In this document: positions 51,611-63,305 of the stretch, piece after piece
Position numbering within the stretch: position 1 is the first letter of the stretch
Layout of the letters: each line of letters begins with the position of its first letter
Assembly: GCF_032191835.1 (NCBI RefSeq)
Contig: NC_083240.1
Coordinates: 27,776,001 to 27,840,000 of the forward strand
Direction of reading: 5' to 3'
DNA from: Heteronotia binoei
Lineage: Eukaryota
Length of the DNA: 64,000 bases
The notes under the pieces: model-generated
What the model saw: only the letters and a program-made list of their open reading frames with translations
Told to the model about the DNA's origin: nothing
Databases searched by the model: none
Program-made: the position numbers and the translations under genes

Positions 51611-54600
51611 TGTTAATGGACCAACCAAAAGATGCAGTAAAATATTAGACAGCAGCCAAGTTTCAGAGACTTTGTATCTGCATGTTGCAGCATACCAGTT
51701 ATCAGCAAATCAATGTTTCATTCATAAATGACCCTGTACATAAGGAAAACGAAATGCATCTGCAACCATTTCATTTGCAACTAGGCTTTAATAAACCTAA
51801 TACAAGCATCTATACCAACTGATATATAAGCACTGCTAACAAAGTAATCAAGAACACTACAATACATTCTAGTTCTTCAGTTAAGTATACCAAGATTTGA
51901 GTGTTTAAGTATTATGTGAAACCAACTCTCAATGTTAAGTATTTAATACCTTGTTTAACAAATCATTTGTCCAGATGCAATGCTAATCACAGTTCAGTAC
52001 TTACATTTCTGCATTACCTTGGACAAATGCCACTTACACACACTACCACCACCTGGGTGCAATGCAGCTTCCATTGTTACACGTGACATCATTGTGTTGC
52101 TACGGAAATAAGTGAGAGATCATAAGTCTCCCACATAACTGGAATTGGGGTGGAGGAAGATTAAATGGAATATGAACATGAGGGGCAGGAACTAAGTATC
52201 AGGATTGGCTACAGTCAGTTCCCTCAAACAGATTTGTATCTCACTTCTACATAATAGAATGGTAACATCCAAAATGTTTGTTAGGCATTGGAAAAGGTAG
52301 TGAGTACAGATTTCCAGAGAGTCAAATGCAAAGGGCAAAAGGGAGATGCTACAATATCTTGGGCTTTTTAAAGAAGAGATTCAACATATCCACACCTCCT
52401 TTCCCATATTTTACCTCTTTTTTAAACAAACTCAAACAACTGTCAAGAAACTTTTAAGGAAAAATACAAAAATAAACCAACAACAATCTAAAGGGCTGTT
52501 GGAGAAAATGCTCATCAAACAGTAATGAAATTGAAAGCATCGTATATAATATATGCAGTTTAATAATTCCACACAGATACTCAAATATATTCTATAAGAA
52601 AAAGAGCTGGAATCAAATCATACTGCACAGAACCACCACACCACTATGCTAAATCCCCACCTCTATCCCATCTATATTGGTAGCTGCGTCTTCCTTCGCT
52701 CCTAACCAAGCTTTGGCAGCTCCATCTGCTTGACGAACGCAAGGTTACAGCAAAATGGTGCAGTAAGAGAAAGAACAGCATCCTAGGCAGACTGCGACAA
52801 TTCTGGATCAGTATTCACTATTCATCAGAGAGGGAGGCCACCCCAGCCTCTCTTAAAGGCTCAGACCTGACTAACAAGGCAAATATAAAGAACAGTTCTC
52901 TCCTTTAAAGCAACCCCTCCCTCCCTCTCTCCACCCAGTCTAGCCTCTCTGCAATATGACAAATGCAGAATCTTCTGGAATGACTTGATACTGCCTCCCA
53001 CGACCGCTTTGTTTGCAAGATAAGATCAAAGATACATATTTTTTTATTTCTTGGATTTTAAAAAGTGGTCGGGTTTAAAAAAATATCACAAGGTTCCATG
53101 AGCATCTATTATTTTTTAAGTATAAAACATTAATACATTGTTGCTTAACACTGAACAAATCACTGAATAAACATTTAAAAACTATAACACAAAGATTAAG
53201 ACTTTACAGGAAAAGAAAGCAATTTATTTCTATAAACATAGGTGTTTCTCACAGCAGATGTCTAAAGGATGTGGACAGTAAGAAATAGCCCACAGAAAAT
53301 ATTTACACACTAGTTCACCTATATACTTTTATATTCCACTGAGATTTCTCTGTGCAAAACCTCATTCTAAAAAAATGTCAAATAGGAAACTGAGGGGATG
53401 GCAGATTTACAGTTTATTAATGTTATGTTTTTACTGGTCTAAAGCACATCTTTGGTTACAGAGGATACCTCAGCGCCCATCGAAAGCGAGATTAAGGGAG
53501 GAGGTAATAGATAGTGGGTGGGGTTGCCTGTGGGGGTGGGCACATTAGCTGAATTATTTAATGGGAAAGCTGGCAAAGAGCGGCACCGCCCAAACAGCAG
53601 AAAGGAAGATGGGGCCGCGAACACCCATACCTTCCACCACTGCTAACACCCTCTGTGGAGGACCTTGCAAAATTCCCACAATATGGTGATAGAAAGGAAA
53701 GAGGGCATCCACAAACTACTCATACATAAAAGACACAGAGCCTCCCCCAACCAAGGAAGATACCATTTTAAACTAGGCCAGTGATAATGCAGAACTGAGA
53801 ATAGTTTATTTAACCCATCCAGAGAGAAAGAACAAAGACACAGAGAGAATAAAGATACAGTTACCAAAAAACCTAGTAAGACATAGAATGAAAAACAGAT
53901 GCCAGCTCACATCACCGCTACACAAGTACTCAAAAGAAGGGGGAACAGAAAACCCCATTGGGCCACTACTGGCATCCACAGCATTCAAAAAGCATCAGAA
54001 GGTCCAAAACAGTACTCAGGCATTTTAAGCGGATCAGCATGCCTAAACAGAGGAATAGGTCGTTTAGTGTGCTAAGACCAAGGTAGGCACAATCTATTCA
54101 GAAGAAAGCAATAGGGGATGGGATGAGGGGGTTCTATGGAGTGTATGTCAGAAGGGATGCCTGTCTTCCTCCAAAAGAATGACAACAGTTTTGGAGGGCA
54201 GAGAAGGGTAGTGTCCCATCAAATACAAGAAAGTTTCAGCTTCTGGCAGGAGTATTTCCCAGGGCATGGAGGGAGGGGGAGGCAGGGTGAAGAATATTAC
54301 CATACATACATTTCTTTTTGCATTAGTAAGGGAGAAAAGCTACTTTATGAAGGGCCAGTTTCTAGAGCAATGGGTCAGAGAGAAGACATGAGCATCCTTC
54401 AAGAGGCCATTTTCCTCACTAACTATATCAAAGCTGTATTTTCTATAAAATTGGCATTCAAATTAGCATACTAGGCAATTAAACAATATTAATAATGGGA
54501 CTCATGTACTACAATAACGAAAGGGGAACTGAAACGGATTTTTGACCTAGGGATAGGCAGCACATGTGCACAAGTGAAGACATGTCAAGGAAACAGACAG

Positions 54601-55311
54601 AAACTGTCTTTGCCCTAAACAGGCCACCATCCCTAGCAGAAGAGCATTTTCGTGTAGGAGAGGAAGAGAAAACAAGATCATGAAAGAAAGTTACTTGATC
54701 CTAAAAGCTTTTTCTCAGAAGGATGTCCATCATACCACCTGCATAATGTCAATTTTCTTTAAGAGAAAAAGATCCCCCCTTAAATTTTTTTAAAGACATT
54801 CTGTCATTACAAATGAGGCAGGATGTACATGCTAAAATAAATCTGAATACAGGAACTGGAAGAGGGAAGCAAGGTAAGCAACCAAGAACATTCATAAAAG
54901 GGAACATTTGCTCCCCTGATAATGGAAGCCGGAGGACGGATGAAAGAAAGCAAATATAATTAATCTGTATTTTTTCTCATTCTCAACACCACATATTCCC
55001 TCGTCTCTGAATACAAATAATGTATCCCCATCCACTGCCTCCCCCTCGATCAATTTAGATTCGACGCCTATTTCCCTCCCCTTTACCTCGATACACAGGC
55101 ACATTTTCCACCAACCCCCATAAAAGAATTCACTCCACCTCGATATTACTTTGGAACAGCACAGATCTCCCTGCTTCTGAATTCTCCAACCCTCCCTTAT
55201 AAAAGTAGCTTCTTTCCCATTCAGCTACCCTGCCCCCTCCATAAGTGTATTCCCTGAGCTACTCTATCAGGGGCTTCCTCCCTCCTCTGCCTCTTCCAAA
55301 AGAAAGGTTCA

Positions 55312-56130
<819 letters not shown>

Positions 56131-56269
56131 TGGGTGGGTTTTAATAAATTTTAGGGCTTTTTATTAACTATAACGTACGAATATGTTGTATCGGTAGTAA
56201 GCAAATTTTATGTGAATACAACGAAATCAATAATATTAAATGTTATACTATATTGATGTATCCATACAA

Positions 56270-56306
56270 ATATATATATAGATATAGATAGATAGATAGA
56301 TAGATA
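56270..56306. repeat. (TA)n/(GATA)n microsatellite
   Basis: Seen directly. Confidence 0.9.
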
Positions 56307-56597
56307 TTATTAGTAATATGAAGCTGCATTTTGCTCAGTCATAGTCTATGAAGGTCAATATTGTCTGGCAGCAGCTCTCCGAGGTCTTGGTTTTTCACAT
56401 CACCTACTACCCGTCCCTCTCTTGCTTTGGAGAGAGGACTCTATGGCATTATACTTGGCTCAGATCCCTCTCCATTCGGTGCCCCACCCTCCCAGGCACT
56501 GGCAGTACCCCTAAAATCTCCCGGATTTAAAACAAATGTTACTGTTGTAATCCAGACATATTAAAATTTTATACAGACAGAAAGACAGAGAGATCAC

Positions 56598-56685
56598 TGA
56601 ATAAAACTTTGTTGGTCTTAAAGGTGCTACTGGACTCCTACTTTGTTCTGTTGCTTCAGACCAAGACGGCTGCCCACCCGGATTC
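56598..56685 (+). mobile_element. Penelope-like terminal repeat fragment
   Basis: TGAATAAAACTTTGTTGGTCTTAAAGGTGCTACTGGACTCC...CAGACCAAGACGGCTGCCCACC. Confidence 0.7.
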
Positions 56686-56859
56686 TGCACACACACATAA
56701 ACAATTAAAAACATAAATATTACTCATAAGGCTATCAACATTTCATTAATATACTATTGATCATTTGAATGTGTAAAAATCATCCAGGTGAACACGGATG
56801 AACTTCAGCATTAATATCAAACGCAAATATATTTAATTATTGTATTATATTGTGTTATA

Positions 56860-57452
56860 TAAACATGTATTAAATGGACAATGAAGAAAGCTGACAGGAA
56901 GATTCCTTTAAAATGTGGTGTTGGAGGAGCGTTTTACAGATACTGCAGAATGCCCCAAAACAAATGAGTGACTCCTAGACCAAATCAAGCCTGAACTCTC
57001 CCTAGAAACTACAATGGCTCAACTGAGGTTATTGTATGGCGGTCTCATTTTAAGACAAGAGTCACCTCATTGCAAAGATAATAATAGTAGGAAAAGTTGA
57101 AGGCAGCAGAAAAAGAGGAAGACCCTGCATGAGATGGATGGACTCAGTATAAAAGCCATGACCCTCAATTTGCATGACCTGAGAATGGCTCCTAATTCCT
57201 TGGGTCAGCCATAGCCCTGGCAGAGGTTGTACTTGAAAGGGCAGCTGCTGTGAGAGCCCTCTCCAGCCCCACCCACCTCACAGGGTGTCTGGTGTGGGGG
57301 AGGAACGTAAAGGAGATTGTGAGCCGCTCTGAGACTCTTCGGAGTGGAGGGCGGGATATAAATCCAATTTCTTCTTCTTCCTAATGATAGGACGTTTTAG
57401 AGAACATTTATTCATCGGGTCGCTATAAGTCAGAAGCAACTAGATGGCACTT
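56860..57452 (+). mobile_element. RTE/BovB-like LINE 3' end (interrupted by a SINE at 57197-57380)
   Basis: GGAAAAGTTGAAGGCAGCAGAAAAAGAGGAAGACC...AGATGGATGGAC (GKVEGSRKRGRP..RWMD); ends GGGTCGCTATAAGTCAGAAGCAACTAGATGGCAC. Confidence 0.8.
57197..57380 (+). mobile_element. 5'-truncated Squam3-like SINE
   Basis: TSD TCCTAAT (57190-57196, 57379-57385). Confidence 0.8.
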
Positions 57453-57512
57453 AAGGTATGTGTTATAGCGGGAATGTTACTGTAACGGTGATACTGTAGT
57501 ACTACTGTAACA

Positions 57513-57800
57513 GAGAGCCAATTTGGTGTGGTGGTTAAGTACGTGTACTCTTATCTGGGAGAACCCAGTTTGATTCCCCACTCCTCCACTTGCACCTGCT
57601 GGAATGGCCTTGGGTCAACCAGAGCTTTCGCAGGAGTTGTCCTTAAAAGGGCAGCTGCTGAAAAAAGCTGTCTCAGCCCCATCTCCCGCACAGGGTGTCT
57701 GGTGGGGGGGGGGCGGAGGGTAAAGGAGATTGTGAGCACTCTGAGATTCAGAGTATAGGGCGGGACATAAATCCAATATCTTTTCCAATATCTTCTAATA
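57513..57800 (+). mobile_element. full-length Squam3-like SINE
   Basis: Homologous to 13868-14145. Confidence 0.85.
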
Positions 57801-57857
57801 TTCCAGTTATATATTCACTATACATAACTGTTACAATGTAGAACAAATTTAGAGGGT

Positions 57858-57945
57858 CACCTTTAAGACCAACAAAGTTTTATTCAAGCTATGAGCTTTC
57901 ATGTGCATGCACATTTCCTCAGATACATTGATACGGAAGTTAACC
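57858..57945 (-). mobile_element. Penelope-like terminal repeat fragment containing a minimal hammerhead ribozyme
   Basis: The minus strand reads GTATCTGAGGAAATGTGCATGCACATGAAAGCTCATAG...GAATAAAACTTTGTTGGTCTTAAAGGTG. Confidence 0.75.
57889..57926 (-). ncRNA. minimal (dimer-type) hammerhead ribozyme motif
   Basis: CUGAGGA core, stem II AUGUG/CACAU, GAA + palindromic AGCU + C, stem I UAU/AUA. Confidence 0.55.
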
Positions 57946-58032
57946 ATATATATATTGACACTAGGGGGAATGAGGCGGCAGTCCTATAGACCCTTTCCTA
58001 AGAGTAAGCCCCACTGAATGGCAAAGAACTTT

Positions 58033-58199
58033 CAGGGCCAGTCCTGCTGCTAGGCAAACTAGATGACTGCCTAGGGCACCAGCCTTTTGGGGGTGCCATA
58101 TTGGGGCCCCCCCATGTGACTTGGTGACATTCTCAGTGTGGGGTGGGGGGGGTGCCAGAAGTTAGCCTTGCCGTGCAAGACAGTCTAGGGCCAGCCCTG
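58033..58199. mobile_element. hAT MITE (CAGGGCC TIR)
   Basis: CAGGGCCAG...CCAGCCCTG; TSD-like AGAACTTT/GGAACTTG (6/8). Confidence 0.65.
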
Positions 58200-58288
58200 G
58201 GAACTTGGGACCAGTCTCTAACCTCACTCGGACCTTTCCCAGACACTGAAAGGCACAAATATTTTATCTGTCTGACATTAGTCTATGC

Positions 58289-58610
58289 CAGGGGTGGCCA
58301 AACTTGCTTAACATAAGAGCCACATAGAGTAAATGTCAGATATTTGGGAGCTGCAAATATCTGAACATGAACATCAGATGTTTGAGAGAAGGAAGGAAGG
58401 AAGGAAATAGATTGAGGAGGGGGAGATATGGAAAGAAAGCAAATTTAACTTTATTTACAATCTCCAAGCTGCTGGCTGGGTTGGTTTGGAAAAGTGATTT
58501 AAAGAGATAAATGACTTCTCCAAGCCAACAGGGGTTGGGGGCTTCAAGAACCACACAATATGTGTGAAAGAGCCACATGTGGCTCCTGAGCCACAGTTTG
58601 GCCTCCTCTG
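58289..58610. mobile_element. hAT MITE (CAGGGGTGGCCAAAC family)
   Basis: Perfect 8-bp TSD GTCTATGC. Confidence 0.88.
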
Positions 58611-58647
58611 GTCTATGCTTTGTACTCAGGAGAAATGTATGGAGCAA

Positions 58648-59362
58648 GGTGCTGATGGAACACTGACCTAGAGGCCACTGGTGACCAGGAGAATGCTAAC
58701 TAGCCCTAGTACTGCAGCCAAAGTAGAACATTTCCAATAACATGCTCACAACATTCTAGTTATGCAATAAGAATTATTGCCTGATAATGCAGATTCCGCG
58801 CTCTGCCCTCTGCCCATTAGATCACTTTCTTTTGAGAGCCATTTTGGTGTAGTGGTCTTATCTGGGAGAACCAGATTTGATTCCCCACCCTTCCACTTGC
58901 AGCTGCTGGAATGGCCTTGGGTCAGCCATAGCTCTTGCAGAGATATCCTTGAAAGAGCAATATACCTGTACGCTGAGATCTTATAGCAAGCAGCACATGG
59001 CAGCCTACCTTAATGTCTACACACATCCCATTGCTTCCACACTCAGGTGTATTTGCCCACCCACTCTTCCATCCTTAGTAGAGCATCACCTGTCTAATGG
59101 GCTAATCAGGTTGCCAAGAGGCCTGGAGAACAATGTCATAATGTATGGAAATGGACAGCTGGCACATTGCATAGCATGAAGGTCAATAACATCACCTGGT
59201 AAATGATATCTTATTAAGGCTCTGTAAAAGGGACAAGACATTTATAGAGCCTTACTGGGCTGAAATGTTACTGGGAATATGGTTCTACTTTGGCTGCACT
59301 ATGGGGCTAGTTAGCTTTATCCTGGTCACCAGCAGCCTCTAGGTCAGTGTTCCACCAGCACC
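58648..59362. repeat. long inverted repeat (about 95-bp arms) enclosing a SINE fragment
   Basis: Arm 1 58648-58743 and arm 2 59265-59362; the outer 43 bp match with 3 mismatches. Confidence 0.8.
58835..58970 (+). mobile_element. Squam3-like SINE 5' fragment
   Basis: GAGAGCCATTTTGGTGTAGTGGT...CCATAGCTCTTGCAGAG. Confidence 0.75.
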
Positions 59363-59952
59363 CTTCCAGGTCCTTGGCAGGCATAACTTGGAAGTGTGTA
59401 ACCCTGGCACTGTTGATTCTAGAAATCTCAGGAAGAGATCTAAACCTTTACAAAGACAATGCTAACAGTTGACAGTATGAGACTTTGAACTGTATGAAAT
59501 TTTGCACTGGGATGTACAGTCTAACTCTCCCTGTTTCCCAGAGATTGTCCCTATTTCCCATTGCAGGCTCTTTCCCCAGATTTCTAGAAGTTAAATACTG
59601 GGGTAAGAAGAATGCACAGTTCATTGCTTACCATCTTCTCCATCCATATCTGCCTAGTAAATGCTGTTGAGTGTGTTTGAGTTCTACATATGAGTCATAA
59701 AACCAGATCTTTTCCAAAATCAAGCCTTTCATCCTTATGTTTAAAAAAAAACCTGCTATTGTCAGTTAAATGTAGGATAGAGTGAGAAAGATCATAGCAA
59801 TGCTGAGCAGCAGTGTTCAGGCAGAAATGTAACAAACTCACAAGAATGCACGTGTTTTCATGTGTGAACCACTAGACAGTTTTCTGTGCATGTCTACTGT
59901 GCCACAGCTTTCTTCCCCTTCAGTTCATTCATGTCTTTGCAGTAAAAGCAGC

Positions 59953-60543
59953 TAGGGTTGCCAGACCCAGGTCTGATTCAAGAAATATCTGGGGACTTTG
60001 GGGGTGGAGCCAGGACCAAGGGTGTGACAAGTACGATTGAACTCCCTTCTGATTATTTCAACCGGAAAATTCTCACCAAAGTTTCTTCACTGGTAATGTC
60101 CCTCTGTTGAGAAACTTTGGTGAGAATTTTCCAGTTGAAATAATTGTACTGGTGTCCCCGTTAATGAGAACTATGATGATTTAAGAGGAGCCGTGAAGCA
60201 TTAAAGCACTAAGAGATCCATGATTGATATAGACGCATAGCCGAAACCGGTCTCCTGTCTGTGGCTTTTCTCCGGTGACTGGCGCTCTGTGAGGAGTACC
60301 TTGCAAGATTACGTTTGGAAATTTAAAGACTTATGTCCAAGGACTTGAGTAGTAATTTTTGTTATCAGTGAATTTATGTCTAGCTTATATGTACTGTACC
60401 TTTAACAGTCGCTGATAAATTATTTTGATACCTCTAATACAAATGATTTGTTACTGTGTTGCACAGTAGTTTTGACTTGTACTACATTCTTACTGTGTAT
60501 CCTCTGGTTTACATTTATTCCCACCTGGAGATTGGCAACCCTA
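59953..60543. mobile_element. hAT MITE ends (TAGGGTTGCCA...TGGCAACCCTA) enclosing foreign sequence
   Basis: Both ends match the 60977-61482 family in inverse orientation; the interior (60046-60520) is unrelated; no TSD. Confidence 0.7.
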
Positions 60544-60976
60544 ACTTGTGAATTGGCCATACTGCATATACAAAGGCATCCAGGAATAACGTCATGTTAA
60601 GCAAGCTGGAATTTGTGCAGTAGTCAGTCTGAGTTCTCAGATGAGTGAGCAGTGACAAAGTGGGATACAAATGAGAAGAAGAGACAGACACCATCAGGAG
60701 ATCTGCCAGCTGCTTTGGCTAGGGGATTCCCGGGAGGAGACCAGACAGGGGAGGAGGAAGCCCCTGAAGAAGCCACTCCACCACCTGTGCCGTGGTCACC
60801 TCCTGTGCCACACCCACCCGTCAGCCGGAATGGGCCTAAAAGCCTTGCTCTGATGCCCAAGGGAAGAAAGAGCTTGCCAGAAACAAAGCCAGTTTTGTTC
60901 GGGCAGATGCTAGAGACAGCACAAGAGAGTTCAGAGAATGAACGGAAGGCAGGAGGGGTTGTAGCTCAGCAGCAGA

Positions 60977-61482
60977 TAGGGTTGCCAATCCCCAGGTGGG
61001 GGCAGAGGATCTTCCAGTTTGGAGGCCCTTCTCCCCCCCCCCCCTTCAGGGTCATCAGAAACCGGGGGTGAGGTCTGCTAGACCTCCATTATTCCCTATG
61101 GAGACTCCATTATTCCCTATGGAGACCGATAAGATATAATGGAGAATTGATCCATGGATAGAGGCACCAAATTTGAGATAGAGGTACCAAATTTTCAGCA
61201 TAGCATCCAATGCCTCTCCTCAAAAAGCCCTCCAAGTTTCAAAAAGATTGGACCAGGGGGTCCAATTCTATGAGCCCCAAAAGAAGGTGCCCCTATCCTT
61301 CATTATTTCCAATGGAGGGAAGGCATTTAAAAGGCGTGTGGTCCCTTTAAATGTGATGGCCAGAGCTCCCTTTGGAGTTCAATTAGGCTTGTCACAACCT
61401 TGCTCCCGGCTCCACCCCCAAAGTCTCCTAGCTCCACCCCCAAAGTCCCCAGATATTTCTTGAAATGGACTTGGCAACCCTA
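60977..61482. mobile_element. complete hAT MITE inserted into a tRNA-SINE head
   Basis: TIRs TAGGGTTGCCA/TGGCAACCCTA; perfect TSD GCAGCAGA. The flanks rejoin as GGGGTTGTAGCTCAGCAGCAGAGCAC...GCAAGCAGAAGG. Confidence 0.9.
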
Positions 61483-61623
61483 GCAGCAGAGCACTTCTAC
61501 TTTGCAAGCAGAAGGAACCAAGTCCAGTCCCCAGCTAAAAGGACTGGGCAATGGACATTGTGAAAGACCTCCATCTTAGAGCTGGATAGCCAGAGCAGGC
61601 AATACCAGCTAGACCAAGGGGGC

Positions 61624-62622
61624 ATAAGAACATAAGAGAAGCCATGTTGGATCAGGCCAATGGCCCACCCAGTCCAACACTCTGGGTCACACAGTGGCCA
61701 AAAAAGAAAGGAGGCTCACAAGTGGGGCTAGAAGCCCTTTCACTTTGCCGCCCCCCCCCCCAAAAAAAAACACCAAGAATACAGATTATCACTGCCCCAG
61801 ACAGTTCCAATAATATGCTGTGGCTAGTAGCCACTGATGGACCTCTGCTCCATATTTTTATCCAAACCCCTCTTGAAGCTGGCTATGCTTGTAGCCGCCA
61901 CCACATCCTGTGGCGGTGAATTCCACATGTTAATCACCCTTTGGGTGAAGAAGTACTTCCTTTTATCTGTTCTAACCCTACTGCTCAGCAATTTCATTGA
62001 ATGCCCACGAGTTCTTGTATTGTGAGAAAGGGAGAAAAGTACTTCTTTCTCTACTTTCTCCATCCCATGCATAATCTTGTAAACCTCTATCATGTCACCC
62101 TGCAGTCGACGTTTCTCCAAGCTAAAGAGCCCCAAGCGTTTTAACCTTTCTTCATAGGGAAAGTGTTCCATCCCTTTAATCATTCTAGTTGCCCTTTTCT
62201 GGACTTTTCCCAATGCTATAATGTCCTTTTTGAGGTGCAGTGACCAGAATTGTACACAGTATTCCAAATGAGACTGGACCATCGATCTATATAGGGGCAT
62301 TATGATACTGGCTGATTTGTTTTCATTTCCCTTCCTAATAATTCCCAGCATGGCGTTGACCTTTTTTATTTCAATCGCACACTGTCTTGACATTTTGTGA
62401 GTTATCTACCATGACCCCAAGATCTCTTTCTTGGCCAGTCTCTGCCACTTCACACCCCATCGACTTGTATTTGTAGCTGGGGGTTTTGGCCCCACTGTGC
62501 ATTACTTTGCACTTGGCCACATTGAACCTCATCTGCCACATTGACGCCCAGTCACCCAGTCTCAACAGATTCCTTTGGAGTGCCTCACAATCCTCTCTGG
62601 TTCTTACCACCCTGAACAATTT
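61624..62622 (-). mobile_element. CR1 LINE, 5'-truncated
   Basis: ORF 62393-61824 (HLEYCVQFWSLHLKKD...SFKRGLDKNMEQRSISGY); same family as 37310-38445. Confidence 0.92.
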
Positions 62623-62625
62623 ATT

Positions 62626-63008
62626 CCCATAGAAAATCATGGAGAATTGATCCGTGGGTATCTGGGGCTCTGCGGGGGCTGTTTTTTGGGGTAGAGGCAC
62701 CAAATTTTCTGCATAGCATCTAGTGCCTCTCCCTAAAATACCCCCCAAGTTTCAAAAAGATTGGACCAGGGCGCCCAATTCTATGAGCCCCAAAAGAAGG
62801 TGTCCCTATTCTTCATTATTTCCTATGGAATGAAGGAATTGAAAAGGTGTGCCGTCCCTTTAAATGTGATGGCCAGAACTCCCTTTGTAGTTCAGTTATG
62901 CTTGTTCAATTATGCTTGTCACAGCCTTGATCCTGGCTCCACCCCTTATGTCTCCTGGCTCCACCCCCAAAGTCCCCAGATATTTCTTGAATTGGACTTG
63001 GCAACCCT
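62626..63008. mobile_element. TAGGGTTGCCA-family hAT MITE, left part missing
   Basis: Homologous to 61140-61482; ends TTGGCAACCCTA. Confidence 0.8.
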
Positions 63009-63104
63009 AGGCTGTTCTTGTTCAACAGTACTGCACAATGGCAGGGTAATGGCCTCCATCTGAACTGGGCACCAGGTAGCTGCTGTTTCCCATTAAAAAG
63101 CAAC

Positions 63105-63305
63105 AGGTCAGGTGGCCGACCTCCACATGCAGCCTGGAGATCTCCTGGAATTTGCAACTGATAGTCAGACAATAGAGATAATTTCCTCTGGGGAAAATGG
63201 TGGCTTTGGAGACTGGGCTCTATGGCATTATAGCTGCTGAGGTGTCTCCTCCCATGCTCCACCTAAAATCTCCAGGAATTTCCTAGCCCAGAGTTAGCAA
63301 CTCTT
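63105..63305. mobile_element. short degenerate MITE (family of 5697-5892)
   Basis: GGAGATCTCCTGGAA...CTCTATGGCATT...AAATCTCCAGGAATTTCC...TTAGCAACTCT. Confidence 0.55.

Noticed and set aside
57440-57455. CTCF-like CAACTAGATGGCAC
   Set aside because: It is the terminus of the RTE element and mismatched at a key core position; no independent support.
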